From: an uncultured virus (IMG/VR IMGVR_UViG_3300047320_000346)
Taxonomy: Duplodnaviria; Heunggongvirae; Uroviricota; Caudoviricetes
Length of the DNA: 64,000 nucleotides
Strand: one strand, 5' to 3'
IMG/VR virus record: IMGVR_UViG_3300047320_000346
Position 1 is the first letter of the stretch, and each line of letters opens with the position of its first letter. The position numbers were made by a program, and so were the translations under genes. The notes beneath the pieces were generated by a model. The model did not search any database. It saw only the letters and a list, made by a program, of their open reading frames with translations, and was not told the origin of the DNA. Of this stretch, positions 9,186 to 18,530 are shown one piece after another.

Positions 9186-9218
9186 CACCTCCACGCGCAG
9201 CACTGCCGTGGAGGTTTT
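9186..9218 (+). terminator. Intrinsic terminator, copy 2 of the 33-bp repeat
   Basis: Same stem and near-identical loop as 3669-3701. Confidence 0.8.
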
Positions 9219-9280
9219 CTTGTGGCGCGCCGCCTGGCGTTCAGCTATACGCTTGCAGGCAAACACAAAAAGGAGTGGCC

Positions 9281-9481
9281 ATGAGTACGCAATCGCGCGA
9301 GGCAGCAACACACAAGGAAAAGCTGCAGGCACTGCTTGCTGACTTTGGTGTTGAATGCATCAACAACGAACTGGGTCATCAAATCATCTGCCGCGGGGAC
9401 CAGCGGGTCACCGGCATGACGATTTTCAACTTCGACAAGGACGGAAAATTCTTGTCGATGCGCGGCCAACAGGAAGACTGA
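9281..9481 (+). CDS. Small hypothetical protein
   Basis: SD AAGGAG; CTATAC at 9245. Confidence 0.65.
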   Translation: MSTQSREAATHKEKLQALLADFGVECINNELGHQIICRGDQRVTGMTIFNFDKDGKFLSMRGQQED

Positions 9482-9482
9482 G

Positions 9483-9803
9483 ATGCACGCACCGGAACAA
9501 CGTCAGATGCGTATCCAGCAGCTTGACTGTGAGCTGGCTGAACTACGTCACCGCGCGGCCGGGCTCCAGGAAGAGCTCGAGGCGCTGCGCAGTGCGGAAA
9601 CTGCCGAAGACCGCGCTTTGTTGGCGCGGAAATGGTGGGAAGCGTTGAGGGTAGGTCTCATCGTCACGCTTGAGGAGTTCGAGCGGCTTCTCGACGAATG
9701 TCGCGAACTGAAGCATCACAGCCCTTCCGCGGCATGTGTGAAATTTCGAGACCGGCTCAATGTCTCGATGCCGAACGCTGCGAAATACGTTCGTATGCTC
9801 TAG
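9483..9803 (+). CDS. Hypothetical protein with N-terminal coiled coil
   Basis: Abuts the previous gene; heptad-like N-terminus. Confidence 0.65.
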   Translation: MHAPEQRQMRIQQLDCELAELRHRAAGLQEELEALRSAETAEDRALLARKWWEALRVGLIVTLEEFERLLDECRELKHHSPSAACVKFRDRLNVSMPNAAKYVRML

Positions 9804-9909
9804 GCATAACTCCCCTCTCAAACGGCACCGCGCGGCCGTTTTCTTTTCGCGAGCACAAAAGAAAAACGCCTGCTCCGAAGAACAGGCGCTCGTGTAACTG
9901 CCAGGCATG

Positions 9910-11844
9910 TCAGTAGGCGACAATCACGACGCCAGTGCCGCCACCCCCGCGGCCACCCCCGCCACCAGCGCCACCGCCACCGCCAGTGTTAGGTGTCCCG
10001 CCTACGCCCGACACGGAAAGCGTGCCACCAATACCGCCGCCACCGATGCCGCCTGGCGCCTGAGTAACCTTATCGACGTAGGTGCCACCCCCGCCGCCAC
10101 CGCCGTAGCAGGTTGAGGTGCCGGTGATGTCAGAGCAGACGCCCGCGCCACCCTTGCCGCCGAACGTCGCGTCCGGCGCGCCGCCGGCAGCAGTTGCCCC
10201 GCCACCACCCGGACCCTGAAGCGTCGTAGTCATGACGCCGCCTGCCGGGAAGCCGTTGCCGGATGCGCCTGTCGTATAGCCCGAGATGCCCCCGACCGCC
10301 TGGAGCGAGCCAAAAGCAGAAGGCAGTCCGTCCTGGCCTGCGTCGGGGCCGATGTCACCTCCCGCGCCAACCGTCACCGGAACTGTGGAGTTCGGCGTGA
10401 CGGCGAAGCTGACGTTGTAGCGCACCTGTCCACCGCCACCGCCGATACCGCCCAACCCGCCACTCACCGTGCCGCCAAGTGCCTCGCTTCCGCCGCCGCC
10501 GCCAACCACGAGCAGCTTTACGCTGGTGAGCTTCGCCGGGATGGTCCACGTCGTGCTTGCCGTGAACGTCTGGACGTTGGTAACGGCCGAGCCCGTGAGC
10601 GGCACCGTGAGGGCCCCGCTCGTCGCGCCGGTGATGCTCAGGTTGCCCGCGTAGCTGGTGACGCCCGTCGGATAGAACGAGACCGTCGCGGTGCACGAGC
10701 CCTTCGCGGGAATCGTCGAGCAGCCGCTGACCGTGAAGTTTGAGGAGCTGGAAGCGAGCGCCAGCGTTCCCGCCGCGTCGCCAGCGTTGGTTAGCGTGAC
10801 GGTCTGGGTGGCCGTCGTGTAGTCGCTGACCGACGAGAAATTGAGCGACGGCACGGACGCCGTGATAAGCGAGCTCGCCGCGCTATTGAGCGTGTACGAC
10901 TGCTGGCCAACGTAACCCTTGTAGTTCGCCCTGAGCGTGAATTTCTGAGCGCCGGACGCGGTTGGCGTCCCAGTAAGCAGCCCATTCGCGTTGAGTACGA
11001 GCCCCGCTGGGAGCGCATCAACGACAGCCCAGCTCGTGCTTGCTGCTTGGAAGCTCGGGTCGTTACTGCTCAGCAGCGAGCGGAAACCGTAGCCGGCGTA
11101 CGGCAGACCCTGCGACGCCGCAGGCAGCTCCGTGCTGCCGAGCGACACACTAATGACCTGCGTGACCACCTGATAGGTCTGCTCGCCGCTGACGCCCTTG
11201 TACGTCGCGCGCGCCGTAACACTGCCGGTGCCGCTTGCCGTCGGCGTGCCGACGATGACCCCGTTATTCGCGAGATAGAGTCCTGGGGGCAGCGTACTGC
11301 CCCAAACCGACCACGTAACCCCGGTGCCGGTGTACGCCGCGTCCCCCGAAACGGTCAAACGACCGTGCAGGTCGTAGCTGTAGGACTGTCCGACCAGCCC
11401 CAGCGGCGGCGTGGCGCTCGCGAGCGTTACTGTGAGGGCGGCCGTGTAAATCGAGTAGCTCTGTTGGCCGGCCTTGCTCTTGTAGCTGGCCATGACCTGG
11501 AACGTCGACGAGCCGCCAGCGCTCGGCGTGCCGGTAAGCGTGCCGTCGGCATTGAGCGTCAGGCCTGCGGGCAGGCTTCCAGCCGCGACGCTCCAGCGAA
11601 CGCCATAACCGGTGAAACCGGTGTCCCCCGTGACGGAAAGCAGCGACTTGAAGTCGAATCCCGCATACGCCTGGCCGACCTGGGCCGCCGGCAGACTGTA
11701 GCCGGCGAGCGATACGCCAATGTTGCTGGCCGCAGTGTGACTGGGTACCGGAACAACGACGTAATAGTCGGCGGCGAATGCCGGGAGGCTTGCCGCGAGC
11801 GTTGCGCTTAGAAGCGACGCTTTAAAGAGATGTGAGAGGCGCAT
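9910..11844 (-). CDS. Secreted putative-Ig (He_PIG/cadherin-like) repeat protein with a further Ig-like domain and Gly-rich C-terminal domain
   Basis: Signal peptide, YYVVVPVP, three W...G.LP.GL.L...G.L.GTPT repeats, VTLTNAG...C..IPAKGSCT, GGGGG-rich tail. Confidence 0.85.
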   Translation of the reverse strand: MRLSHLFKASLLSATLAASLPAFAADYYVVVPVPSHTAASNIGVSLAGYSLPAAQVGQAYAGFDFKSLLSVTGDTGFTGYGVRWSVAAGSLPAGLTLNADGTLTGTPSAGGSSTFQVMASYKSKAGQQSYSIYTAALTVTLASATPPLGLVGQSYSYDLHGRLTVSGDAAYTGTGVTWSVWGSTLPPGLYLANNGVIVGTPTASGTGSVTARATYKGVSGEQTYQVVTQVISVSLGSTELPAASQGLPYAGYGFRSLLSSNDPSFQAASTSWAVVDALPAGLVLNANGLLTGTPTASGAQKFTLRANYKGYVGQQSYTLNSAASSLITASVPSLNFSSVSDYTTATQTVTLTNAGDAAGTLALASSSSNFTVSGCSTIPAKGSCTATVSFYPTGVTSYAGNLSITGATSGALTVPLTGSAVTNVQTFTASTTWTIPAKLTSVKLLVVGGGGGSEALGGTVSGGLGGIGGGGGQVRYNVSFAVTPNSTVPVTVGAGGDIGPDAGQDGLPSAFGSLQAVGGISGYTTGASGNGFPAGGVMTTTLQGPGGGGATAAGGAPDATFGGKGGAGVCSDITGTSTCYGGGGGGGTYVDKVTQAPGGIGGGGIGGTLSVSGVGGTPNTGGGGGAGGGGGRGGGGTGVVIVAY

Positions 11845-11958
11845 GGGGACACTGAATGGGGGCATCAGTGGTATAGCTCAAAACACACTTGGCGAACCGA
11901 TGTGCGCAAGAAAAAACCCCGCAAAAAGCGGGGTCTGAGGTGATGCGAAAACGGTGTA

Positions 11959-12453
11959 TCAGCTTTCCACGCGAACCCAGCGCTCACGCGTGCCGTACAT
12001 GTGGTGCGCCTGGTTCGCTTCCGATTGGTTCGTCAGGTCGTAGACCATCGGAACGTTGTCATAGCCGCAGACAAGTCGCATCCACGGGTCGATTAGATAG
12101 CGACCGTCGACGAGCGCGAAATCATGCCCTTCTGCCAGGTCCATACGCGTGAATGTGCAGTCCTGGTTGTCCGAGCAGAAAAAGCCCACGATTTCAACGT
12201 TGCGTTGAGCCAGCGTCTTCTTGATGTGCCGCGCATAGTTCGTGCATTCGACCGAGCTCGAGCCGTCGGGCATCTCGACTGTGAAGTCGCCCGACTCTTC
12301 GAACTGCGGATGCTGCTTCTTGAATTCGCGGAACTGCGCCATGGTCATCGAATCCGGCTGACCGTTGACGAACACGAGAAGCCCGATTGCGTCGTCTGAG
12401 CCGAAAAGTTGTTCCATCTCTGCGTGTGCTGCACTGCTCACTACCTGATTCAT
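11959..12453 (-). CDS. Hypothetical protein (possible Cys-His-Asp transglutaminase/papain-like fold)
   Basis: ECTNYA...GHDFALVDGRYLIDPW; SD GAGGA; CTATAC upstream. Confidence 0.6.
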   Translation of the reverse strand: MNQVVSSAAHAEMEQLFGSDDAIGLLVFVNGQPDSMTMAQFREFKKQHPQFEESGDFTVEMPDGSSSVECTNYARHIKKTLAQRNVEIVGFFCSDNQDCTFTRMDLAEGHDFALVDGRYLIDPWMRLVCGYDNVPMVYDLTNQSEANQAHHMYGTRERWVRVES

Positions 12454-12593
12454 AGCTTCCTCGCTGGTTGATTGTTGCCACGTTCGGTATAGCCCCGCGG
12501 CGCGAATCAACCGACACCTCCAATGCACGTCATTTTGCAGCATTTCGAGCTATACGGCTATGTGGAAATAGCTGCCCATTGGAGGCAAACATT

Positions 12594-12974
12594 ATGAAAT
12601 TCGTCGTTGTTACTGGCCTTATTCATCCGGATGACAAAAACAGCAAGCGCAGGCCCGCAGTCGTCCTTGGTCTCGTCAATGGTCGTGTGGCAGTCGCACC
12701 GGTGTCGACCAACCCGGCGCGGACCGGTGAAGTCCTTCCGGGCGGTGTACTGCTAACTTGCAAGAGCCCTGCGCACGCTGCTACCGGCTTTCACGCTGAC
12801 ACGGTCATTATCAGCATCAAGGATGCAGCGCTTTACTCCATCGACTCGCAGTACGTGAAGAATTGCCGGCAGATTGGCGTTCTTGATACGACGATGGACA
12901 AGCGTGTGGGTGCAAACCTGCAAGACCTGATGAGCACATACGACTTGCTGCATTGCAATCGCCGCTACGACTAA
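12594..12974 (+). CDS. PemK/MazF-like fold protein (orphan, no adjacent antitoxin seen)
   Basis: K.RPAVVL...VAPVST is the PemK/MazF signature. Confidence 0.6.
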   Translation: MKFVVVTGLIHPDDKNSKRRPAVVLGLVNGRVAVAPVSTNPARTGEVLPGGVLLTCKSPAHAATGFHADTVIISIKDAALYSIDSQYVKNCRQIGVLDTTMDKRVGANLQDLMSTYDLLHCNRRYD

Positions 12975-12987
12975 AGCTACTAAACTC

Positions 12988-13015
12988 AAAATCGCTCCCT
13001 GACTGGAGCGATTTT
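12988..13015. terminator. Bidirectional intrinsic terminator
   Basis: AAAATCGCTCC-CTGACT-GGAGCGATTTT between convergent genes. Confidence 0.8.
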
Positions 13016-13031
13016 CTATTTTGAGCGTGCT

Positions 13032-13280
13032 TTATCGATGCATCCCGGCCCAGAGCAAGAAGACGGCGAAGGTCAGCACGCCTAGCGCACGCAGGATGCG
13101 GCCATTGCGATGCATCTGACCGAATTCGGACTTCTTGATTTCCTGACGAAACGCCAGGTAGCCCAGCTTGGTTTTCAGCGTCGACTGGAACTTGACCGCC
13201 GCGCGAATTTCAAGAAACGCTCCGGTGAGGATAAACAGGAAAGCGGCCACAAGGCTGCTGGCTGCGATGATAAGAAACAT
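13032..13280 (-). CDS. Small membrane protein
   Basis: Two TM segments; GGAG SD; CTATAC upstream. Confidence 0.6.
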   Translation of the reverse strand: MFLIIAASSLVAAFLFILTGAFLEIRAAVKFQSTLKTKLGYLAFRQEIKKSEFGQMHRNGRILRALGVLTFAVFLLWAGMHR

Positions 13281-13439
13281 GGTGAATGAAAACTCCGTAC
13301 TGGATTGCACGAGATGAGCGTTGGGCTCGCGTAATTCGGTATAGAGCAGGTGTGTTTGGCTGAAGAGCCGCATGGCGCCTGGCTCTTAAAGAAAAAGCCC
13401 AGCACGGATGCTGGGCTTGAGAGCTTGAATCTGGATTCG

Positions 13440-13940
13440 TCAGACTGCCAAGAGCAGTCGCGCCGCATACGTCTCGGAGATGCGCTGCGATACTTTTCCA
13501 GCAAACTGGTCGACCAGTTCGTAGACGACGTCGTCGGCAGCGTCTTGCTGGATGATGGCCATCGTACCGACCAGCGCGTTGTTTCCTTCGCTGATGTATT
13601 CGCCAACCAGCCACAGTTGACCCATTCCGTTGTCCGGCACAACCGGGCGAATCACGGCCATTTGCGGGCCGACTGCGGTCGCAAAGTCTTTTGTGGTGAA
13701 AATCGGATTATCGCGGTACGACTTCCACGGGTGCTGTTCATACGACTTCCAGCCATGCTCGGTGATGAGTCGGCCGATTGCCAGCTTTTCGAGGTCGATA
13801 CGCACCGCATCACGGACAACGAGCTGATGCGCGCCCGATTGTGCTTCGGCGACTGCCCCTGCCCAGCTCTTTGCGTCGACGATGAGTTCCACAATCTTGC
13901 TGGAACCGTCGCGCCGTCCACGTACTCGCCATTCTTTCAT
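13440..13940 (-). CDS. Hypothetical protein
   Basis: SD AGAGGA; CTATAC within an upstream hairpin. Confidence 0.75.
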   Translation of the reverse strand: MKEWRVRGRRDGSSKIVELIVDAKSWAGAVAEAQSGAHQLVVRDAVRIDLEKLAIGRLITEHGWKSYEQHPWKSYRDNPIFTTKDFATAVGPQMAVIRPVVPDNGMGQLWLVGEYISEGNNALVGTMAIIQQDAADDVVYELVDQFAGKVSQRISETYAARLLLAV

Positions 13941-14002
13941 GATGTGTCCTCTGGGCTATTCACTCAAGTTTAAAGGTTCCTACCTGAGCGTATAGCCCGC
14001 GG

Positions 14003-14437
14003 TCACGATTTCGACTGACGTGCGACCCAGGCGCGCATCGCGAGGTACTCCTTGACCATCACCGGCCGGCCTTCCGCCATCAAGAGATTTCGGTAATGCC
14101 GCAGCCCCGGGTTCTCCGCGCACAGGCGCCCGAGATGCTGGTTTTGTTCTTTTTGCACCCACGCGTATCGGCGGTGATTCAGCGCCGGAGTGAGTTGAAA
14201 AACGAGGAGAATACCGCAGCTCGAGAGAAAGATGCTGAGCGCGGCAAAGAGCACCACAACCGCGGGCTGAGGCATGGCGCCCATCGCTTCGGCGAGCTTG
14301 TACAGCGACAGAAAGAACAGCGCGATGCTGGCGACCGCCGTGAAGCTCGCCATGCAGAATCGAAGATTACGTCGGATGTTGACGATTTGAGCCTCGGTCC
14401 AACGAGGCATCGTGAAATCAGGCTGGTTATTTTCCAT
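14003..14437 (-). CDS. Hypothetical membrane protein, likely same family as 186-662
   Basis: 2 TM plus LRHY......GRPV...EY. Confidence 0.7.
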   Translation of the reverse strand: MENNQPDFTMPRWTEAQIVNIRRNLRFCMASFTAVASIALFFLSLYKLAEAMGAMPQPAVVVLFAALSIFLSSCGILLVFQLTPALNHRRYAWVQKEQNQHLGRLCAENPGLRHYRNLLMAEGRPVMVKEYLAMRAWVARQSKS

Positions 14438-14442
14438 TTTGG

Positions 14443-14700
14443 TCACCTCACGTTTTGGGTATGCGCCGGCGCGGTAAGCGTCCGGGCAAGAAGCACCGCG
14501 CCGATAAGCGAAAGCGGCAAGACCGTGGCCCACACCGCGTACTCATGAGTCTGGGGATGGTGCTGGTCCACCCATGCAAACGCCGGCACCAGCCAGAAGC
14601 GACCGGTGGCCAGCAGCGCGCCGTAGTATGCAAAGACCACAGCGAGCCGCGCATAGAACGCGACATCCATGCCGTGGGTCATCTGCTTGAGTCGAGTCAT
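14443..14700 (-). CDS. Small membrane protein
   Basis: SD AGGAG; hydrophobic. Confidence 0.6.
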   Translation of the reverse strand: MTRLKQMTHGMDVAFYARLAVVFAYYGALLATGRFWLVPAFAWVDQHHPQTHEYAVWATVLPLSLIGAVLLARTLTAPAHTQNVR

Positions 14701-14722
14701 CTCCTGGCTCCCGTTTATGTAT

Positions 14723-15940
14723 TCAATAGGTCGGAAGGTATTCGCCCGTTTTCGGGTCCCGCACGACACCAAGGCCACTCGGGTCCAGCTTCAGCACTGC
14801 GCTCTTCCCTTGCCCGACCGGATGGATACCGCCGACATACACCGGGCCACCAGCGCGCGAGGCCTGCACGGGTGGCTGACCAGGACAGGCGCCGAGATGC
14901 TCACGACCCAGCTCGGTGATGACGCGGCCGCGCGGTGTGCGCTGCAGAAGCCCCTGCTGAATGAGGAACGGCTCGACCGCATCCTCCACCGTGTCTTCCG
15001 CTTCACTGATGGCAGCGCAAAGCGTGTTCAGGCCAACCGGGCCGCCGTTATAGAAATCGACCATGGCCTGAAGCAGCCGGCGGTCAATCGAATCCAGCCC
15101 GCGCGAGTCGACGCCGAGCATCGCAAGTGCCGCCTGCGCATCGAGCGAGGCGACTTCGTTCTTGTTTGCACCGAGAACCGTCGCGTAGTCGCGAACACGA
15201 CGCAGAAGCCGGTTGGCAATACGCGGCGTGCCGCGCGAGCGCCGGGCTACTTCGAGCGCTGCGTCAGGGGCCATACCCACACCCAGAAGCCCCGCCGAGC
15301 GGTTCACGATGGCCTCAAGCTCCTCGTCGGTGTAGAACTCCATGCGCCCGGTAATACCGAAGCGGTCGCGCAGTGGCGCAGAGAGACTGCCCGCACGCGT
15401 GGTGGCGCCAACGAGCGTGAAGGGAGCCAGCGGCACGGTGACCGTGCGGGCCTCCTGCCCTTCTCCGACCAGGATGTCGAGCTTGTAGTCTTCCATCGCC
15501 GGGTACAGCATTTCCTCAACAACGGGAGGCATCCGGTGAATCTCGTCGATGAAGAGCACGTCGTGCGGATTGAGTCCGGTGAGCAGCGCGGCGATGTCGC
15601 CCGGCTTCTCGAGCACCGGCCCCGTTGTCACCTTGAGCCCGACACCCAGCTCAGCCGCGATGATTTGCGCGAGCGTCGTCTTGCCCAGACCCGGCGGGCC
15701 GGACAGCAGTACATGGTCGAGCGCCTCGGCGCGATGCTTGGCCGCGTTGAGGAAAATGGTAAGCTGCGCGCGCAGCGCCTGCTGACCGATGTAGTCTGCG
15801 AGGCGCTTGGGGCGCAGCGCACGGTCTTCGACCGGTTCACCGGCCTGTGCAACTGGAGAGACGATGGGTGCGAGCGCCGGCGGCGCGGCGTCCGTCCTAT
15901 CCTTCGCGCTCGAGCGGCGCTTGCGCGGAGTTGCAGTCAT
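14723..15940 (-). CDS. ruvB: Holliday junction branch-migration helicase RuvB
   Basis: [60 protein letters not shown]. Confidence 0.97.
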   Translation of the reverse strand: MTATPRKRRSSAKDRTDAAPPALAPIVSPVAQAGEPVEDRALRPKRLADYIGQQALRAQLTIFLNAAKHRAEALDHVLLSGPPGLGKTTLAQIIAAELGVGLKVTTGPVLEKPGDIAALLTGLNPHDVLFIDEIHRMPPVVEEMLYPAMEDYKLDILVGEGQEARTVTVPLAPFTLVGATTRAGSLSAPLRDRFGITGRMEFYTDEELEAIVNRSAGLLGVGMAPDAALEVARRSRGTPRIANRLLRRVRDYATVLGANKNEVASLDAQAALAMLGVDSRGLDSIDRRLLQAMVDFYNGGPVGLNTLCAAISEAEDTVEDAVEPFLIQQGLLQRTPRGRVITELGREHLGACPGQPPVQASRAGGPVYVGGIHPVGQGKSAVLKLDPSGLGVVRDPKTGEYLPTY

Positions 15941-15994
15941 GCGTGTTCCTTCAGAAGTGTCGTTGTTCGGTATATCGTCGACCGGTCACCGGAT

Positions 15995-16360
15995 TTACGA
16001 AGGCGAGCGCGGCTTGCGCTTGGAAGCACGCAGCTGAATGTCCACGAGAACGGAAGTGATGCCGACCACTGCGAAGAACCCCATGATTCCGCGCGGCAGA
16101 ATGTACCCGTCGGGCACATCACCCAACAGTCCCAGCGCGGCGGAACCCAGCAGAATGATGGCGTACGCCAGGAACAGGTCCCTGCGGGCGTGAGCGCTAG
16201 CCGGAACCTCGCCCGTGCCGTCAGGCAGGGCCGAGTGCTCCATTGGGGCAGCCGGCGCAGCGGGTGTCATCGTGGATAGCTTTACCCGCATCCGGCCATC
16301 CGACATCCGGTACGCCGCAACGCTGCCGTCCACGTTGTACACAACATCCTCTATCGCCAT
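15995..16360 (-). CDS. Hypothetical membrane protein
   Basis: Two C-terminal TM segments; co-oriented with ruvB. Confidence 0.6.
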   Translation of the reverse strand: MAIEDVVYNVDGSVAAYRMSDGRMRVKLSTMTPAAPAAPMEHSALPDGTGEVPASAHARRDLFLAYAIILLGSAALGLLGDVPDGYILPRGIMGFFAVVGITSVLVDIQLRASKRKPRSPS

Positions 16361-16417
16361 CACGCGCCCCAGCAAAGACCAACGGTTAAGCCGCGCGGTG
16401 CGCGGCGGCAGGTGCCC

Positions 16418-16792
16418 TTAGGCTGCGGCCAGAATGGTGGCTTCGGCCCGCAGGCCGGTGACGCCGGCGTAGTACAGCGATGCGGTGATGGCCATCGAAT
16501 CCTTCTGGATTTCCTGGTACACATGCAACGCTTCTTTCAGGTCCTTGAATGCGAGATACGGGACTTCTTCGTGGACGAGCGCCGCCGTTTCGGTGAACCC
16601 GTGGCCCGAGAGTTGCGACACGAGCGACTCGAGGCTCTTGTGGTTTCGACTGTCGACGCTCGGATACGCGATATGGACAAGGGCTACGCCCTTGCCCATC
16701 GCGGCGGACAACGCGCAGCGAACCTCGTCAGCGGTCAGACTGGCTACGCCCTTGTCGGGAGCGAACGAAACGAGACCTTGTGCAGTGTTCAT
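16418..16792 (-). CDS. Hypothetical protein
   Basis: First gene after the sigma70-like promoter at 16830-16858. Confidence 0.65.
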   Translation of the reverse strand: MNTAQGLVSFAPDKGVASLTADEVRCALSAAMGKGVALVHIAYPSVDSRNHKSLESLVSQLSGHGFTETAALVHEEVPYLAFKDLKEALHVYQEIQKDSMAITASLYYAGVTGLRAEATILAAA

Positions 16793-16829
16793 ACGGATTT
16801 GCTTGTTACTGATGGTTGCAGGAACTAAT

Positions 16830-16858
16830 ACTATAGCATTTTAATGCTATTTTGTCCA
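16830..16858 (-). promoter_or_regulatory. Sigma70-like promoter with a palindromic operator
   Basis: TGGACA-17 nt-TATAGT on minus strand; ATAGCATT-TT-AATGCTAT palindrome at 16833-16850. Confidence 0.7.
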
Positions 16859-16888
16859 CGCCAGTAACGATGTTCGACGAACAGTCGC

Positions 16889-17512
16889 TCAATGCATGAG
16901 CGCGTGATGCTCGAGCAGCGGAATCACGAACACCCGGAAGGCGAGGAAGGCTGTGAAGAGCGTGAATGCCATATTGAACGCGGCCATCATGACATCGGGC
17001 TTCAGCTTGCGCGCGACGTCCTCCGCCAGGCGCTTCATGTCCGGGCCGAGCCATTCGACGGCTTTTCGCTCGTAGAACTGACGCGACGTCAGCTCGGTCT
17101 CAATAGCTCCCCGAACCTCGAGCGCGAGAGTCTGAGTCACGCTGTGCGTCTTACACAGGCGCCATATGATGGCTCGGTATTCGTACGCCGAGTAAAGGGT
17201 GTAGCCGAACACGCATGCGTAGCCCAGATAGAAGGGCCAGGGCTGACGAAGAAGATACACCGGCACGAGCGAGAGCATGAGTAGCCCGTTCTGCCAGACG
17301 ATGGAGAAGATGACTTTGCGGTGCGCCTGCGCAATCAACGCCTGAGCCTTGATGCAGGCCTCCTCGCGGATTTTCTGTGCGACAGCTTCCGAGATGAATT
17401 CCCTGGCTGCGTCAACGGCACCCAGCGCCGGGAATATCGAAGTCAGCGCCGTTTTTGCGGTGCCCAACAGCCGCGAACCCCACGACGGGGCCTCGTTTGA
17501 CTCAGTACTCAC
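16889..17512 (-). CDS. Hypothetical membrane protein
   Basis: SD GGAG; about 3 TM segments; extended -10 upstream. Confidence 0.7.
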   Translation of the reverse strand: MSTESNEAPSWGSRLLGTAKTALTSIFPALGAVDAAREFISEAVAQKIREEACIKAQALIAQAHRKVIFSIVWQNGLLMLSLVPVYLLRQPWPFYLGYACVFGYTLYSAYEYRAIIWRLCKTHSVTQTLALEVRGAIETELTSRQFYERKAVEWLGPDMKRLAEDVARKLKPDVMMAAFNMAFTLFTAFLAFRVFVIPLLEHHALMH

Positions 17513-17625
17513 GTGCGATTACTCCAGAATGGATGACTAAAATTAGTATACCATGCAATCAGTAATCGACGAGTCGGCCGACGGGCTATACGGAATCAGG
17601 CCAACTCACTTATGAAAGGAACACC

Positions 17626-18423
17626 ATGACACTTGAAATCACCCTCCCGCTTGACGATGATGACGAGCGCATCATCGAGCTGAACGCCGACCAGAAAGCG
17701 GTCGCGTTGAAGCACATCATCGAGCTGCAGCAGGCGATGGGCACAGTCGCAAGCGTCCTCAAGGGACCCGACGCGAGTGTGTTCAAGGACGGATTGCCGC
17801 GCGGGCTCGCGACCAATTGCCTGTCGCTGGCGGAGCACCGCATGGCCGACCTGGGCAAATTGCTCGGTATCGAGACCGATTCGGCCGCCGAGATGGAAAA
17901 CCGGTTTGCACGCGTGCGTGCGGCCAACATGCGCGTGCGCGAGCTCGAGGCACAGCTCGGCACCGCTCAAGGCCCGGACGTGACGAAAGCCTGTCTGAAA
18001 CAACTGGACGCGCAGCTCAACAGCTGGTGGGACCTTGAAGGGTTTGGCCACATCAGCGACCTGTCGTTCGGCAAGTATGGCTGCAAGGCCAAGTTCAGCT
18101 GTTCGCTTTTCGGCGACTTCAGCTTCCAGTCGGACACTCCCGTGTCGGATAAGGAACGCAGGGTCCTTTGGCACGCCAGCCTGCAGGAACGTGGCTTCGT
18201 GCTGGAACAGGATGGCCGTGATTGGGAAATCCGTGATTGCGACGCAAGCCGTGACGCACTGATGAAGCTTTTTGCTCTGCGCCTGCCCTCGGCCAAAGTC
18301 ACGTCGTTCGATAACCACCAGGGTCACTCGAGCGGATTCAAAATGCGCGCAGTCGAGGTCTTCATCTACGAGCTGGCGGAAATCGGCAATCTGCCGCAAA
18401 AGCCACCGAAGCCAGCAAAGTAA
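17626..18423 (+). CDS. Hypothetical protein
   Basis: SD AAAGGA, CTATAC at 17586, terminator at 18445-18469. Confidence 0.8.
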   Translation: MTLEITLPLDDDDERIIELNADQKAVALKHIIELQQAMGTVASVLKGPDASVFKDGLPRGLATNCLSLAEHRMADLGKLLGIETDSAAEMENRFARVRAANMRVRELEAQLGTAQGPDVTKACLKQLDAQLNSWWDLEGFGHISDLSFGKYGCKAKFSCSLFGDFSFQSDTPVSDKERRVLWHASLQERGFVLEQDGRDWEIRDCDASRDALMKLFALRLPSAKVTSFDNHQGHSSGFKMRAVEVFIYELAEIGNLPQKPPKPAK

Positions 18424-18444
18424 TTCGACTCAGCAACTCCTCGC

Positions 18445-18469
18445 ACCCGGGCACCTGCCCGGGTTTTTT
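18445..18469 (+). terminator. Intrinsic terminator
   Basis: ACCCGGGCA-CC-TGCCCGGGT plus T-tract. Confidence 0.8.
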
Positions 18470-18530
18470 CATTCGGGCGGCCGCGGCCTATACGGGACTG
18501 CAGGCCAACTACTATTTTGCGAGGAATCTC

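Noticed and set aside
10274..10279. CTATAC copies at 10274 and 30981
   Set aside because: Deep inside CDSs with no nearby downstream start; treated as background.
9930..10510. GCC/CCG-rich repeats resembling a tandem repeat array
   Set aside because: Explained by poly-Gly codons of the Gly-rich domain; not CRISPR or VNTR.
14669..16279. 536-aa plus-strand ORF
   Set aside because: Antisense shadow of ruvB.
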